A DNA stretch of 64,000 bases from Monocercomonoides exilis PA203 (Eukaryota; Protista; Preaxostyla): assembly GCA_001643675.2 (NCBI GenBank), contig LSRY02000029.1, positions 992,001 to 1,056,000 of the forward strand, in the 5' to 3' direction. The notes beneath the pieces were generated by a model, which was not told where the DNA came from, did not search any database, and saw only the letters and a program-made list of their open reading frames with translations. This document shows, piece after piece, positions 1-13,900 of this stretch (positions are counted from its first letter, which is position 1; each line of letters opens with the position of its first letter). A program made the translations under genes and the position numbers.

Positions 1-207
1 AAATAAAATAAGAATTCTTCTTTTGCTAAAAAGATATGGAATAAGCTATTTAATAAGCTTTTTGTGTACGAAGCAACATTCTATCAATCAATTGATGTTG
101 CAAAAATTAATTATTACAAAAAAAAAAGGTTATAAAAATTTCATGTGAGATTATAAACACTCAGGAAAGAGATGAATGACATAAATGCTATAGTTAATGA
201 ACTTTTG

Positions 208-1892
208 TCACTGAAGAGGGAAAATCTTGTTGAGAATTGCATACCACGCCACAAACACCGGAAAGACGAGGAAAAACGACTGCAGCACGATTGACAGAGT
301 AATCTCGCCTGAAAGCATGTTGAACTCCTTCGAAAGGGCAAATGTCACAACAGACAGAGGAAGTGCATTGATAAGCACAGCAGCGTGCTGCTGGTCTGTG
401 CGGAGGGAGAGAGGAGAAGAGATGTTTGAAGGGGAGAAGACTGGAATAAGGATGATTGCCAGCATCACAAGGGGAGATATCACAAAGCGGATGAGGGCGA
501 ATAGGATGACGAGGGGGATGTTGATGTGAGGACGAGGCGAGGCAAATGAGGAGGAAGGAGAAGGAGAAGCAGGAGGAGGAGAAGAAGAAGATGATGATGA
601 TGAAAATGGAGAAGAAAGAGGAAATGAAGATATTGCTTTGACCGATGCAAAAGGGGAAGAAAGAGAAGATTCAGATTGTTCTGTGGTTGAAGATTGCATT
701 TCTTGGTTGTGTTCATTTTCTTGTTCCACATGCACATTTTCATCGTTGCTTGCATCAGATATTTTATCGCTTGGAACATGAACGCTTTCCTTTTGACAAG
801 AATCATCCTCAGAAGAGGAAAAAGATTCTTTTTCTCTATCATTGTTTTCTTGAATGCCCCAATTTCCATCATTTGGCTGAAATGTCATTTCTTCCATTTT
901 GACATGGTTCATGTTGGAGCCCGCACTATGTGGCAAACGTTTTTTAAAGAAAGCTTTGACTTTTCCCCAATTTATCTTCAAAGCAGGAGCATGAGCACTT
1001 CCAAAACGAATTATCAATAAATGAAAAATAAGATTATATATATCAGCCAAATAAAAATAAATAAATCAAAAACCTGAATAGTCCAATGTTAAACATTACA
1101 ACTGAAAAGTTGCTCGAACTCGTTTGCTGAATAAAAGTCTTTAGCCAAAGTGGCTTTGTTATTCTGCAAAAATTCAGAATCAATCCAAGAAGCATGCCCC
1201 AAACAAGCATATTAGTAACAACACGGAAAATGACTTTTGGAACAAGTTTTAGAGCATCTATTGCATTAAAGTGGCCTTGCTTTGAAGGATTTTTTGCAAT
1301 TGTCTCTTTTTTCATCTTGTCAAATTCACAGATAAACAATGAAAAAGGGAAAATTCCAATGGAATCTGGAACCGCTGAGAGAACGCATAACAGTCCCATA
1401 TTGAATGAAGGATACATGCTAATAAGAAATGCACTGAACAATTTGAAATACAATCATCAATTTCAATATTAAAATGTAAATGAAACATAAAAACACAACA
1501 AACTTTCCATAGACAATATTATTCGAATAATTTGCATTCATCTGCAACATATTGTACACGCCCAGCGTGTATTTTTTAAGGAAAAATCCGGGTATAGCAA
1601 ATAGAAGAGCCATCACAGTTTTATGAATAAGAAAAGGAACTATAAATCGCAATTCTGAGACTTCAAAAAATCGTCTACCGCAAAAAGATTAGATAAGAAA
1701 AAGATGCATTTCAAACTGAGTTAATATAGAAGTTGCTGTCATTGGCAATGAAATCATCAAAGTATATCTATTAATTCCATCAACATGGTGAGGCAAAATA
1801 GTATCTGTAGTTCCAATTAACCATCCAAAGAAAAAAACAAGAAATGCAGGAACAAGAGCAATTTGTGCAACGTCAGCATAAGAGCCTGACAT
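208..1892 (-). CDS. Auxin-efflux-carrier (AEC/PIN-like, Mem_trans family) membrane transporter, ~498 aa, 4 exons
   Basis: Four ORF pieces join in frame through GT-AG introns 1675-1716, 1434-1503 and 998-1073 (1497 nt CDS). There are two hydrophobic multi-TM halves with AEC-like motifs (GINRYTLMISLP, SNNIVYG, NMLVWGMLLGLILN, MFNIGLF, RFVISPLVM, NALPLSVVTFALSKEF) and a Ser/Glu-rich loop. Confidence 0.8.
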
Positions 1893-1961
1893 TGACTTTT
1901 TTGTGATAAAAAATTTGAATATGCATTAGATCAAATCGGGAAGTTGTGGGGCTAATAAAAA
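1893..1961. promoter_or_regulatory. Putative bidirectional promoter (69 bp between divergent ATGs)
   Basis: ATG at 1892 (-) and ATG at 1962 (+) are head-to-head. No specific promoter motif was identified. Confidence 0.5.
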
Positions 1962-4900
1962 ATGAACGATTCTTCTAAAATCTCCAAAAACACCACACGA
2001 CAAGCAATTATAATTTTATGTGGAGATTCTATTGTTACCCCAGAAGTGCTTCGTGCTATCGATTGCGGGCTTAAGCCTCGCTATAAGCAAATTTCTTTAG
2101 ATAAATTAATTCTTGATGTATTATTTTAATCCTTTTTTATAATTAATATGATATTAATTTTTTGATGTATCTTAATAGAATACACAAGATAATGCACAAG
2201 TAGATGATCAATTAAGGATGCATATGGATTCAACAAATAATAAATCAAATAGTGAAATCGTCTTTCTCATTACAAATTTTGTTCGAAATGAATTTCGAAA
2301 ATTGCTTCAACCAACAAAAGACGTTTGACTTATTTATTTAATTTATTGCTTTATTTTTTGTTAAGGCAATAACTGGAGATAATAATTCTTCAAATATTCA
2401 ATCAGCTAGAAATTCCGTTGAAATGAGATCAATACCAAATAAAAACTCAGAAATATCAAAAAAGAAGGGAAAGCAAGATATTAGCTCAAAAACAAAATCG
2501 AAAAGTGGAGAAGAGAAAGCTCGCCAATCAGTGAATCTTGAAGAAGAACTTCATCCTGCTGTCCCTTCTGATCCTGATGACTCACCGAATATTCCATTTT
2601 TCCCAAAGCAGTTTCTTGTTTTTAGTGGACTTCCAGATCAACTCGCTTTTCTTATTGAACTGCAAAAGTCGCTTTTAACAATAGGACATCGAATTGATGC
2701 AGTCGTTCAGATTCGTCCTGTACCATATGTTCCACAGCCATTTCTGACAGCAATTTTACAATCAACAACACAAGTTCTATTTCCTCCCGCGCTATTTCCT
2801 ATAAAGGCAGAAGCAGATACGTCGAATGAAAAGCAAAACGAGAAGACAAAGGGAAAAGCCAAAGGAGGAAGCGAAAAGGAGAAAGAAAAAGAAAAGAGCA
2901 AAACAGGAAAAAAAGCAGCAGAAGCAGCCTCAGACAGCACAGCTACCGCCGTGCAGTATTCAATGACACCACTTGCCTCCACGCTGATCAATGCACCGAA
3001 GCTGCACCCATCAACTGGGTCAGCCAATGTGCTGGATGAGATTGGCTGTCTGACACCGCTGCTCCCTTCCTCCTCAGCTGCCTCGTGCAACTTCTCTCTC
3101 TTCGACCAGCTGATGCTCGTGCGGGCGCTGCTGGTGGATGCGCCAGGGGCTGTCTTCCACGACATCTTCCTGCTCGAAGTGCTCGGCGGCTCTCCTTTTT
3201 TCCCGTCTCGCCATCTTCTTCCACTCACTTCACAGAACACACCACAAACACCTGGCTTTTCTATTCCACCGCCGCCTGTTCCGATAGGCGCACTCAAAAA
3301 GGGATCGTCTTTTTCTCTAATGCCACAGCCATCGCCTTTGGCATCTTCTTCTTCCACTGCAACACTACAGGTACCTTCTCTTCTATCTTCTTCCTCTTCC
3401 TCGTCTTCTCTTTCTCCAGATGATTCATCTCCTCTTTCCTCCTCCTCCTCTTCTCTGACAGCAGACCGTCCAGATGCCCTTTCTGTAGTGTGTGGCGTCA
3501 CCCCCACCATCAACCCTCTTCCTGGTGCACCCTTTCAGATGCAGTCGGCAAACAACGCCCAACGCAGCTCTCTGCTTGCCCCTCTTCTCTCTCAGCACCT
3601 CCTCCGCCCTCCTCCCCCTCTTGTGCCTTCATCTGACCCTGTCACACAGCCCTTCTCCACACTCACTCCATTCAACCCTTCTTCTTCCTCTTCTGACTCT
3701 TTTCCATTAATGACTGCTCCTGCCAACCCTTCACAACCTCTTCCGTTTGCCAATCTCTTTTCTCCGCCCACACTTCTGTTTGTTCCAAAAGATGGGGTGA
3801 CTCTTCTTCGCGAGATTCATCTTCCTCTTTGTGCCTTCGCCACACGCTATGCTCTCTATCAGCAGTGGCTGACAGACATGCCAAGAACAGAAGTGCCTGA
3901 CGGAGCACCGTATGAGCTGATGATGGCAGCAGACAGCACACAAACAGAGAATGCCATTGCCAATGCAAATGCTTCAAATGCGAAAAATGAAGTGAAAGAA
4001 GCGAATGAGAATGCTGCTACTAACACAACAGAAGAGAAATCTGGTCAATTGAGTTCTTCTTCCTCATCACAAAAGCTTATCAAACCACCGCCTCTTCAGC
4101 TGAAACTGCTTCAACAACCAAATTTCTCTTCTGCCTCGACCACGCGCATAGCATCTATTCCACAGACACTTAGGCTGTCTCAACAGGAGCAGCAGTGGCG
4201 AGCAACAGCCTTTTTGCATCACAGACTGACAATCATGTCACTCACACAGACACTTTCACTGCCTTCGCCAGCAGCAGCGAATGGAGGAGAGGAGGAAGGG
4301 AATGCGATTGAGAGTGGGAAAGTAGGGAAGGGAGAGAAAGGAGAGAAGGGGGAGAAAGGAAGGATGGCAGGGAAAGAGAGCGAAAGAGAGAAGGAGAAGA
4401 CGAAGGAAGGGCAAAAAGCAAGTGAAAGAAAAGGTAAAAAGAAGAAGAATAGCAAAAAAGGAGAGAAAAATGAGACAGAAGATTCAGAAACTGAACAGAA
4501 TGATAAAGACAACACAAGCAGAAGTACTGATGAGGCAGGTGATGTTGATGCCTTCAACACAGAAATGGATCTTTCAGTGGACTCAGCGGCTGTGCAGGTG
4601 AAAGTGAAGGAGCTGAAAGAGATGATGAGAAGCGACATGGCAGCAGAGGTGCTGCAGATGGAGAGAGACAAAAGAGCGTCTGAAGAATCACAGCTGGACG
4701 GATCGCTTTCACTCGATTTGAGAAGATACAAGAGAACAGCAAATAAGTTTACAGTGATGCTGTCGGGGGAGCAGATGAAGGAGAGAGAAAGAGAAAGAGA
4801 AGGGAGGAAGGAGAAGAAGGACTCAGATGTTATTCCAATCATTCCACGCCCGGCTGCCAATGGATGGGAGCAGTGGTTCCAGCCACATGCAAAAGGAGCA

Positions 4901-7900
4901 TCAACTCTTCCCTTTGCACTCTCTACAACAACAGCATCTTCTTCTTCTTCTTCTTCTTCAGTCACATCTCGATACCCAACCCGAAACTCACCACAGCCAG
5001 CCACATTTCTTCCCTTCACCGACAGACTCACTGCTTCAATTGCCAAGCCCTCTCCGAAGTCAACACGAACACTCAGCATTCAGTCTAACCAGAACATTCA
5101 CAGCTATTTGATGGATGTTGGCCTATCGCCTTCGCTTGTGCTGCACAGTGTGGTTGATCAGATTTGCTTTGAAATGTCACCCGACGGAGAGAAAGTGAGG
5201 GGAATCACAAGAAGCAGACAGAAGAAGAAGAGAGATGGTAATGCAAATACTTCTTCTTTTTCTTCTTCTCTTTCTCATTTTTCCACCACAACAACTGTCA
5301 TGGAAGAAAATTCAACTACCACTACTACTACTTCTCCACAACCTCAGCCTCTTCAGCCACTTCCACCTTCCTCATTCCCCAACAGGCGTATTGATCCACT
5401 GGAAGAGCAGTCGATGGAAGACGGCAACAGAACACTCGAACGAGAGATGGATGCAGCATTCACAGGAATCATCAAAGGCAAACAGAAGCAGACACAACAG
5501 TCAACACCAAAACAGATAAAGTCCCCAAGATTGCAGGCTGTCACACTAAATCAGATGCAAATGAATGAAAATTCATCATCATCTTCTTCATCAACTAGTT
5601 CATCATCATCTTCTTCTTCACAGCCATCTTCATTCCAAACAAAAGAAGCCAAACACACAGCCTTGTCACTTATTCAATCTTCACCCAATTTCAAACAGTT
5701 TCTGACTTCTCCTCCACATCTTTCCTCATCCTCCTCCTCCTCCTCTTCTTCTTCGCCTACTCCCTTCTCATCTGATGCTCATCCACAACAAACAATCTCC
5801 ATTCATCCTGTTCTCAAGTCATCCATTTTCCCTTCTTCCTCTTCCTCTTCCTCCTACTCTTCTTCTTCTTCTTCCAAATCCCCCAACTCCATCCACACCC
5901 TCGCCCACTCTCCAACTGCTGCTGTGATGCCTGTTCTCCTTCACTCTGTCTCTTCTCTCACCTCTTCCACAAGCGCTCTTTCTCCTTTCGTCACCGACCA
6001 ACACCCTCAACCTTCGTCTCCTCCTTTGTTAACATCATCTTCCAGGCCTTTTGTTCAGAAGTCGCAGAATTCTTCATTCGGGTGGAATCACTACACAACA
6101 TCTGGTGCAACTTCAAACGCATCTACACCTTCAAACTCTTCTTCTTCTTCTGTTGGCAATTCATTTGGAATGCTTTCATCATCATCTTCTTCAGTTAATT
6201 CTGGCACACCCAGAAGATCAGCTGTTCCAGTGCAGAGTTGGCAGACATCAAGCCAGCAACATTCTTCTGCTCCTCTCTCTTCCATCCCTTCACCAACACA
6301 CAGCCCTTCTCCTTCTATTTCTTCCTCCTCTTCGTTCTTCTCATCATCCTCTTCTTCTTCCTCTGCCTCCTTCTCCAAGCTCGCCTCGTCTGCTCCTTTT
6401 GCCTTGCTGTCTGCCCTCAGCTTCTTCCACAACAACAACCGCTCTTCCACTTTCCTCCCTTCCTCCACCTGCTGCGTCTCTTATCTTTCTCGCCAGCTTT
6501 CCATTTCGCCTTCTCTCTTTGCCCTCTCTTCCAACACTGCCACAAACTCCTTCTCTTCCCTTCTCGCCCCTTCCTCTCATCCACACACCCCGTCAGGCAC
6601 AGCTGGCTCATCCTCTCCCCTTTCTCCCCTCTCCTTCGCCCCTCGTTCTCCTCTCCTGTTCACTCTGCAAAAGTCGCTGGAGCTGCCTTCTTTGCTGCAC
6701 ACACTCATCCCTCAGCCTCTCACTAACGCTGAATCTGTTGCTCTTTCCTTGTCATTCATCCATCCGCCTTCACCTGCCTTGCAGACTCTCCAAAGAACAC
6801 AGTCTCCTTCTTATCCATATTCATGTTCATCTTCCACCTCTTCCTCTTCCTCTTCCACTTGCCCCTCTACTTCACTCACCCCACCCCCCAATTTTGCTGA
6901 CAGCCCTTCTTCCTTCACACCTTCTGAGCAGTCAAACTCACCCAACTCTCCCTCTGCCTTCCTCAGCTCCCTCTCTGCACACAAGTCTCTCTCTGTCCGT
7001 GCTGCTGCCTCGCCTCTCAGAAGATCAGCTGATTCTTATTCAGAAAGTGGACTGCATCCAATCCCGCCAACACCTTCAGACAGAATTGAAGGCATCGATG
7101 GAGCAGTGGCAGTGCTGGAGACACTCAGCGAGGTCGATGAGGCACGAAGCCCTGGGTTCAAGACACGCACACAACAGTTCGATTATCAATATGAAAAGAT
7201 CACAACACTCGCCACACTTTCAGCAGAAGACAGCCATTATAATGCAGATGGAGCAAGTTATTCTTCTTCATCAGCATTCATGACATCACAATCACATGCT
7301 TCAAAGCCCATCCGTGCTCCAACATTTTCTTCACAGCAGATTCAGAACTTGTGTGGCATCTCCAACAGCTCTCCAAACACAGGTGCATATGCAGCTGTCT
7401 CTGCCACAACTGCCCTGCCTCTGTCTGTCCTCCTCTCCTCCCCCACCATCTGCCAGTCAGCTCTCTTCCCTCTCCTCTCTCCACTCACCAAGGATATCGA
7501 GCTGCTAATCACTCCAATTCTTTCCTTTGCATCGCAGCAGAAGGAGAGCAGAGCAGACAAGACAGCCAAGCAGCACGGCATGAACACCACAAACAGCAGC
7601 CAGCTGCCTTCTCAGCTGCTCAGCAGTGCTGGCTGGATGCTCAGCGGCGACCGCATTCGGAAGATCAGCGAGGCAGACAGCGCAGCCCCATCATCTCTGA
7701 TGCAGACGATGATGGACGAAGGCATCATCACCAGTGGCCCGCAGAAGGTGTTCAATCTGCTGGTCGATGCAGTCAATCCGATCCTGTCTCCACTCGCATT
7801 TCACAAGGCGATGACTTCTTTGGCACAGAAAAGATTGGCAGGGAAAAGCAGTGCTTTGGGCTATCCACAGTCTGCTTCATCGTCTTCGGCATTGCTGGCT

Positions 7901-10900
7901 CCTGTTATGCCAACTTCTCCTTCATCTTCTTCCTCCTCCTCTTCTTCTTTTGCATCATCATCCTCATCTCTTCCACCAACAACGATGTATCTTCCCCCTT
8001 CTTCTCCCAATGCTCTTCTCCCCTCTTTCTATTCCACCTTCATTTCCCAGCACCACTCCATCTCTTCTGTCCGTGATGCCCTCCTTCTCCTCTCCGACGC
8101 TGTCAAACAAGCCTCCTTCGAGCACCGCATCATCAGCGCTGCGCAAAAGAGGAGCTTTCCGGCTTCCATTCTTCCGCCTGACATGCTTTCTCTCCTCGAT
8201 ACAGAGGGTGACTTTGCAGAAAGCAAGGACTTCTTCTCGACGGTGGATGAAGGAGAGCTGAAAAGAGCAATTGGAAACGAAGATTCCCTCTTGTTAGCTT
8301 TGCTGTGTATGTCCTTCTCAGAAATGCTGGCGTGTGATTCAGATGCAAATGGATGCGACTTCGTGTGCTCGCATAATGTCTGTGGAGGAAGACATTTCCA
8401 CACAGATACTCCTCTTTTCAGTCAGAGCAGCAATTCACCGCAAACAAATAAGAATCAAACAGGAAATAACAATTCTTCTTCATCTGAGATGAGCATCAAT
8501 CCATTTGCTGATCCCTCCAACGAGATAATCGTTCCCTCTGAGCAGCAGAGGCAGCTTCAAGGAACAGTCGGAGGCTTTCTGTTTGTGGCAGACAAGAATG
8601 GAATGGACGGATTCCGCAAAGCAGCTGTTGTGTCTACGCAGCAGGCGAATGATCAGAGAGGGATGGGAATGATGGGGGGAGTATCAGCAGCAGCAGCAAC
8701 AGGGCTGTCGACGATGGGCATTGGGATGTCATCCTTCTCTGTAATGGCAACACAATCACAGGCAGCACTCGCATCCACACGCGACACACAGCAGTCTGTG
8801 TGTGTTCTTCCACAAACAGGCAGACAATCTTCGAGTGCTCCTCTTCCACTCTCCAATGTGCCCCCTGCGATGACTGTCTCCTCCTTCCCACGGGGAGTGA
8901 GGTGGGACGGTGATGGATGTAGTGAGCAGATCACACTTATCGACAATCTTGTGGCACTTGATGGCACTCGGAGGAGGAAAGCCAATCAGAGCCAGAACAG
9001 CAGCACCAGCGGGACAGGGAATGAGAGACTGCACTCTCGCTCGAACTCAACCGCCACTCCGTTTTCGGTGATGATGAAGCGGAGTGGGCTGGGCGCAGAG
9101 GCGATGGAGAGAGACATGCTGTGTGCCAATCTGAGAGCTCTTTTCAGTGCGCCTGTGGTTGATCCATCAGTTTACACTGTTGTGGAAGAGCTTCCTCCAT
9201 TCGAGCTGAACCAGCTGCTTCTGCACCTGTGCCTGTTCGACCCGCCCATCCGCACACGCGCTTTTCTGCCAGAAGATTCGCTTCTTGTTGCGATAGGGAG
9301 TGTGGGACTAGACGAGAACTGTCTTTCCAGTGTTGGCGATGTGCCCAGCAGCGACTGCTTCCACTGGCTCCATCGCTTTGGTGCTGTTCCTTCGTTTGGC
9401 GAGTGGGATGAGCAGTACACAGACAACATAAGCAGAATATACATTCCTCAGACGGCTGTGTCTGCTGCACCGCCTGCACAGTTCTTTGTGAACGCTACTT
9501 CCACTTCATCATCATCATCGTCTTCTTCTACAACTACTACTGCTTCTTCAACAGGTGTAGCTCCTTCTCGTTCAACTTCCACAGCGAAGTTAACAAACAC
9601 TTCATCTGACAGCACACCCCCTCTTCTTCACTCTTCCTCCACTTTGTCTGTCCCATTCGTTCGAGCAGCCACTTTTGTGACGCATCCGAACACATCCACA
9701 AAACCTCCATCTTCTTCCAGTGAAGAAAACTACACATCTGGCATCTCCCTCCGCCCACTCCCAACAACCACACAGCTTTCGCCTTATTCCTCTTCCTCAT
9801 TTGCCAAGCACTCTGCATTCAATGCATCTCATCCCACTTCTCTCCTCCCTCTTCATCCTCCTCTTGTTGACTTCGGTCGCCCATTTGTCGTTGAGCAGTT
9901 CACCTCATTCGCCACACCCAGGCAGCAGGTGACTGTGAAGGCGTCTTTAGAGCGGTGTGGGCAGTCGATGGAGGCGCGTATCACAGCCATGCACAGACGA
10001 GGCCACGTGTTCAGCATGGCAAGGAGATGTGTGTTCAGAATGGCAAGTGCTGCTTCATCAGACGGAAGAGTCGCTTCGGCAGGGATGTCAGCAGCAGCTG
10101 TGGCGAGCTTCGTATCAGCGCTGAGTGAGATTTTGGAAGGTGTGCCTGTGGGTGGGATGAATGTGGCATATGGATCAGCACTGAAGGCATGCTCTTCTGC
10201 TTCTCCACCAATCTCCAAGGCAGCTTTCAACAGTGATGATGATGAGAGTGATGATGATACATTGTTGGGAGACAAGGCATCGTCGGATGAAGGAAGGTTA
10301 TCTGTTCCTGCAAGTACACGCTCGTCATTGTCCATTTCTTCAACATCTCCTTTGAGATCATCCTCTTCTTCTGCTTCTATTTCTCCTCTCTCAAGTTCCA
10401 CAAATTCACTTGCTTTGTCTAAGGATTCTTCCATTCAGTCATCAATCACTCTTTCCCCTGTTTCCACTATTCCTTTCTCTCCCTTCTCCTCATTCTCTCC
10501 TCTTGTCCTTTCTCTTCTTGACACTCTTTTCACCTCTCCTTCTGTTGATCTTGCTCTTTCCTTCTGCCAGCTGGCACAGCAGGCAGCCGACTTCATCTCC
10601 CAGCGCATATCGCAGTTTGTGGTGACTGGCGGAGCGAAAGAGAGGCTGGCTATTTCATCTGGCAGTGGCAGCAGCAGCACATCTGAAGCAGCAGCAGGGA
10701 TGAGAGGAGGCAAAAGAGACGATGGAAAGAGCAGTGATTATGGTGATGATGATGAAGACGATGAATCAGCAGATGATTTGGCTACGAAGACGCGTGCAGA
10801 TCTGCCCGACGACCCAATCAAAAGCGGATTTGTTTCGCAGCAGCTGTCTCCGGCTGTGATTCTCCCCCGTGTGCAGCTGAATGACTTGGAGGTGCAGCTG

Positions 10901-13900
10901 AAGCGGATGCTGAAGATGCCGCTGCAGACGCTGTTTGTGTCGACCACTCGTCGCCCTCTGCTTCCACGTGGGTGGATGGGCTCAGCTGTAGCTGCACTGG
11001 CAATGGGGCAGCTGCAGCAGACGATGTTCAGAGAGCAAATGACAGGCAGTGTAGACTATGCAGATAGGAGAACACACTCACCATCTTTGCCTCTTTCGTT
11101 ATTGGCACCTCACAAAGAGCAGAATTCTGTGTCTTCATTGAGTGCAGTCCAACAGAAATCAGATGCTGTCTCTTTATCAGCAGTAGCTGAGCTCTCATCT
11201 TCTTCTGTACCAATTCCACCTCCACTGACTTCTGCTGATTCCTCCACCCAATCCACTCCTTCTCTATCTCTTATGGTACCATCTGTATCTCCTTCTGTAT
11301 CTCCTTCTCCCCCACCTCCTCAGCAACCTTCCCTCAGCTCTTCCGTCAACCAGCTGGCTAAACAGCTTCTGAACCCGTCGAATCTCTCAGCCACAAACCC
11401 AATTTCGAATGCCAATCAGCCAGTTGGCCTCGACTTTATCGCAACGCCCACACACATCTCTACATTCAGCGACAAAACAGCAGCATCTATGCGCTTCTTG
11501 CCAAAGCAACTGACCCAATCTTCTGTTTCATCAACTGCCAATTTGACTAACCAGACACAGAATCCGTTTGAAGTGACGTATTCGACAGTGAGCGGGCTGG
11601 TTGTGTCAGTCAACAGCGTCGATGGCACAATTCGTATGACACATGCACCGACGAGTGGAGAAGGGAATTATCTGTTTGGAAGAGGCAAAGGAGAGCTGCT
11701 GATGGCGAATGAAGATGAGTATCCGACACAGAAGCTGATTGCAGAGAGAGAAGAAGAATGCAGAAGGCTTGTGGAGAATGCTGTGTGTGAGGCAGAGGCG
11801 AAAGCAGAAGAAGGAATAAGAATGTTCAGAAAGGGAGAAGTTGTGCAAGGGATGAGAAAAGAAGTGGAAGTTGAAGTTGTTCCTGAGGAAGTGGTGGCTG
11901 AAACAAATGCACATCAGAAGAAGAAAGACGGAGCGAAAGAGGAGAAAAAGAAAGGGAATGAAAAGGAGAAAGGGAAAATGACAGAAAAAGAGAAAGCAGC
12001 AGAAAAGAAAGCCAACAAGAACAAAAACGAAGTTGTGGAAGAGCAAGCGCCATCAGAAGAGGAAACAAATGCAGCTGTTGATCCATCAACAATCACAGAA
12101 CAAGAGGCAGAAGTATTCAGAAGATGCTATACTCGCTCTCTGTTTGAATCTCTTGCCTCAACAGGATTTGAAACATGCTTTGTTCCATCTTCAAAGAAAT
12201 CAAATGGAATAACTCAACAAACTTCATCATCATCATCTTCTTCTTCTTCTCATTCTCCAAACAATCCAATGCATCGTGAATGGGGTGCTGTATGCCCCTC
12301 ACACTGCTACACCACCCTCACCCGCGAGCCTCGTTATTCGCCCAGTCAAACATCTCCTCCACACGAAGTGGAGCGTATTGTGAGTGGAATGGGCACATCC
12401 ATTGTGCGCCTGTCGAACGGTGCGGCGGCTGTTCTGCTGGCAAATGGAGACCTCTCAGCGTGCAATGGAGACGAGTGGGTGTCTGTGGGCAGAGACGGGT
12501 CGAGAGTGTCTCGCCCTCTCTTCAAGTTCCCATTGATAGACAGAACAAAGGATATTGTGCAGAAGTGCTTTGGGAGTGGAGATGAAAATGTGGAGGAGGT
12601 TCCAGTTGAATCGGAGGGATTACCAAAGTGGGTGAGAGAATGCTCACAGATGAGCGCGGAACACACAGAAAAAGAAGAAGCAGAAAAAGAAGCACAAATA
12701 GAAGATGATTCAAATCAGAAGACAGATGATGCGAATGAGAATTCAAATCAAACACAGAAAAAACAGACTGATCCACTTGGAACACCACAGAAACAGAATC
12801 AATCTTCAATGAAAACATCAGATATGGCTTTGAAGGGATATATTGAAACAAAACCTGAGCCATTGAATGCCAATCTGTCAAATACGTCCCTTCCTTCTAA
12901 TCGGCCCAATCTCTGTCGTCTTTCTCTTCCCCCACAATTCCCATGTTCGCAGCAGCTGCCTCCGATTGCGTCAGTCACCAGCACTGAAGCCGAGCTGTCT
13001 GCTGAGATCACCACAAGAGCAGACAGAGTGACCATCATCCAGCACAAGACAGGAGAGCGCCTGGTGCACCACGCAGACGGTACACGCGTCTTCCACTCGT
13101 TCTCGTTCTCGATGAATCCTGAAGCCATCTCGGCGTATGAGGCAGAGACAGGAAGCAAAGCACCAATGAAGGCAATCATCTGCATTGAACACCCGAATGC
13201 TGCAAGAGTGCTGATCTATCTGGTGCAGAAGAAGTTTGCAAGTATTGTTGGAGGGCAAAAGGGAGCATCTACTTCATCATCATCATCTTCTTCTTCTTCT
13301 CAATCATCTTCCTCTGCATCAGAAGTTGCATCATCTCCATCTCTTTCTCCACTCTCTACTACATCGTCAACAACTCAATCTCCATCTTCTTCCTCTTCCT
13401 TCTCTTCCTCTTCCTCATCGTCGTTATTAACGCCTGCTCCTCAGCTGTCTGACGTGTGGGTGCGTGACCGTGTGGTTGTCGTGCTTCCTGATGGTGCTGC
13501 GATGGAGTGGCTGGCCAACGAGCACAAAATCGTCCTTTCCAAGCCACACAACACGCATGTTCATTATGCCTCCTCTGGCTGTGTGAGCGTGTTTGTGGAG
13601 AACACAAACAAGCGCATTCCACCCACAGCTGGGCTGACAGGCAGACTTCCTTTGCTCTTCTTCAACACAAATGAAGGAACACTTGCTGTGAGACCATCCA
13701 AGCACTCGCTTCCAATCAATCCATCGTCTTCCAATGCAGACAGACCAATCACATCTGCCAAGCGCAACCCACCCAGCACACCTTCAGCCGCTGCTTCTTC
13801 TGCTCTCTCTCAGGTGTCTTCCACTCAATCAAGCTCATCATCATCATCATCAACAGCAAATGCAGCCAACAGACGCTCTTTCGGAAGGCGTGTGTTTATC

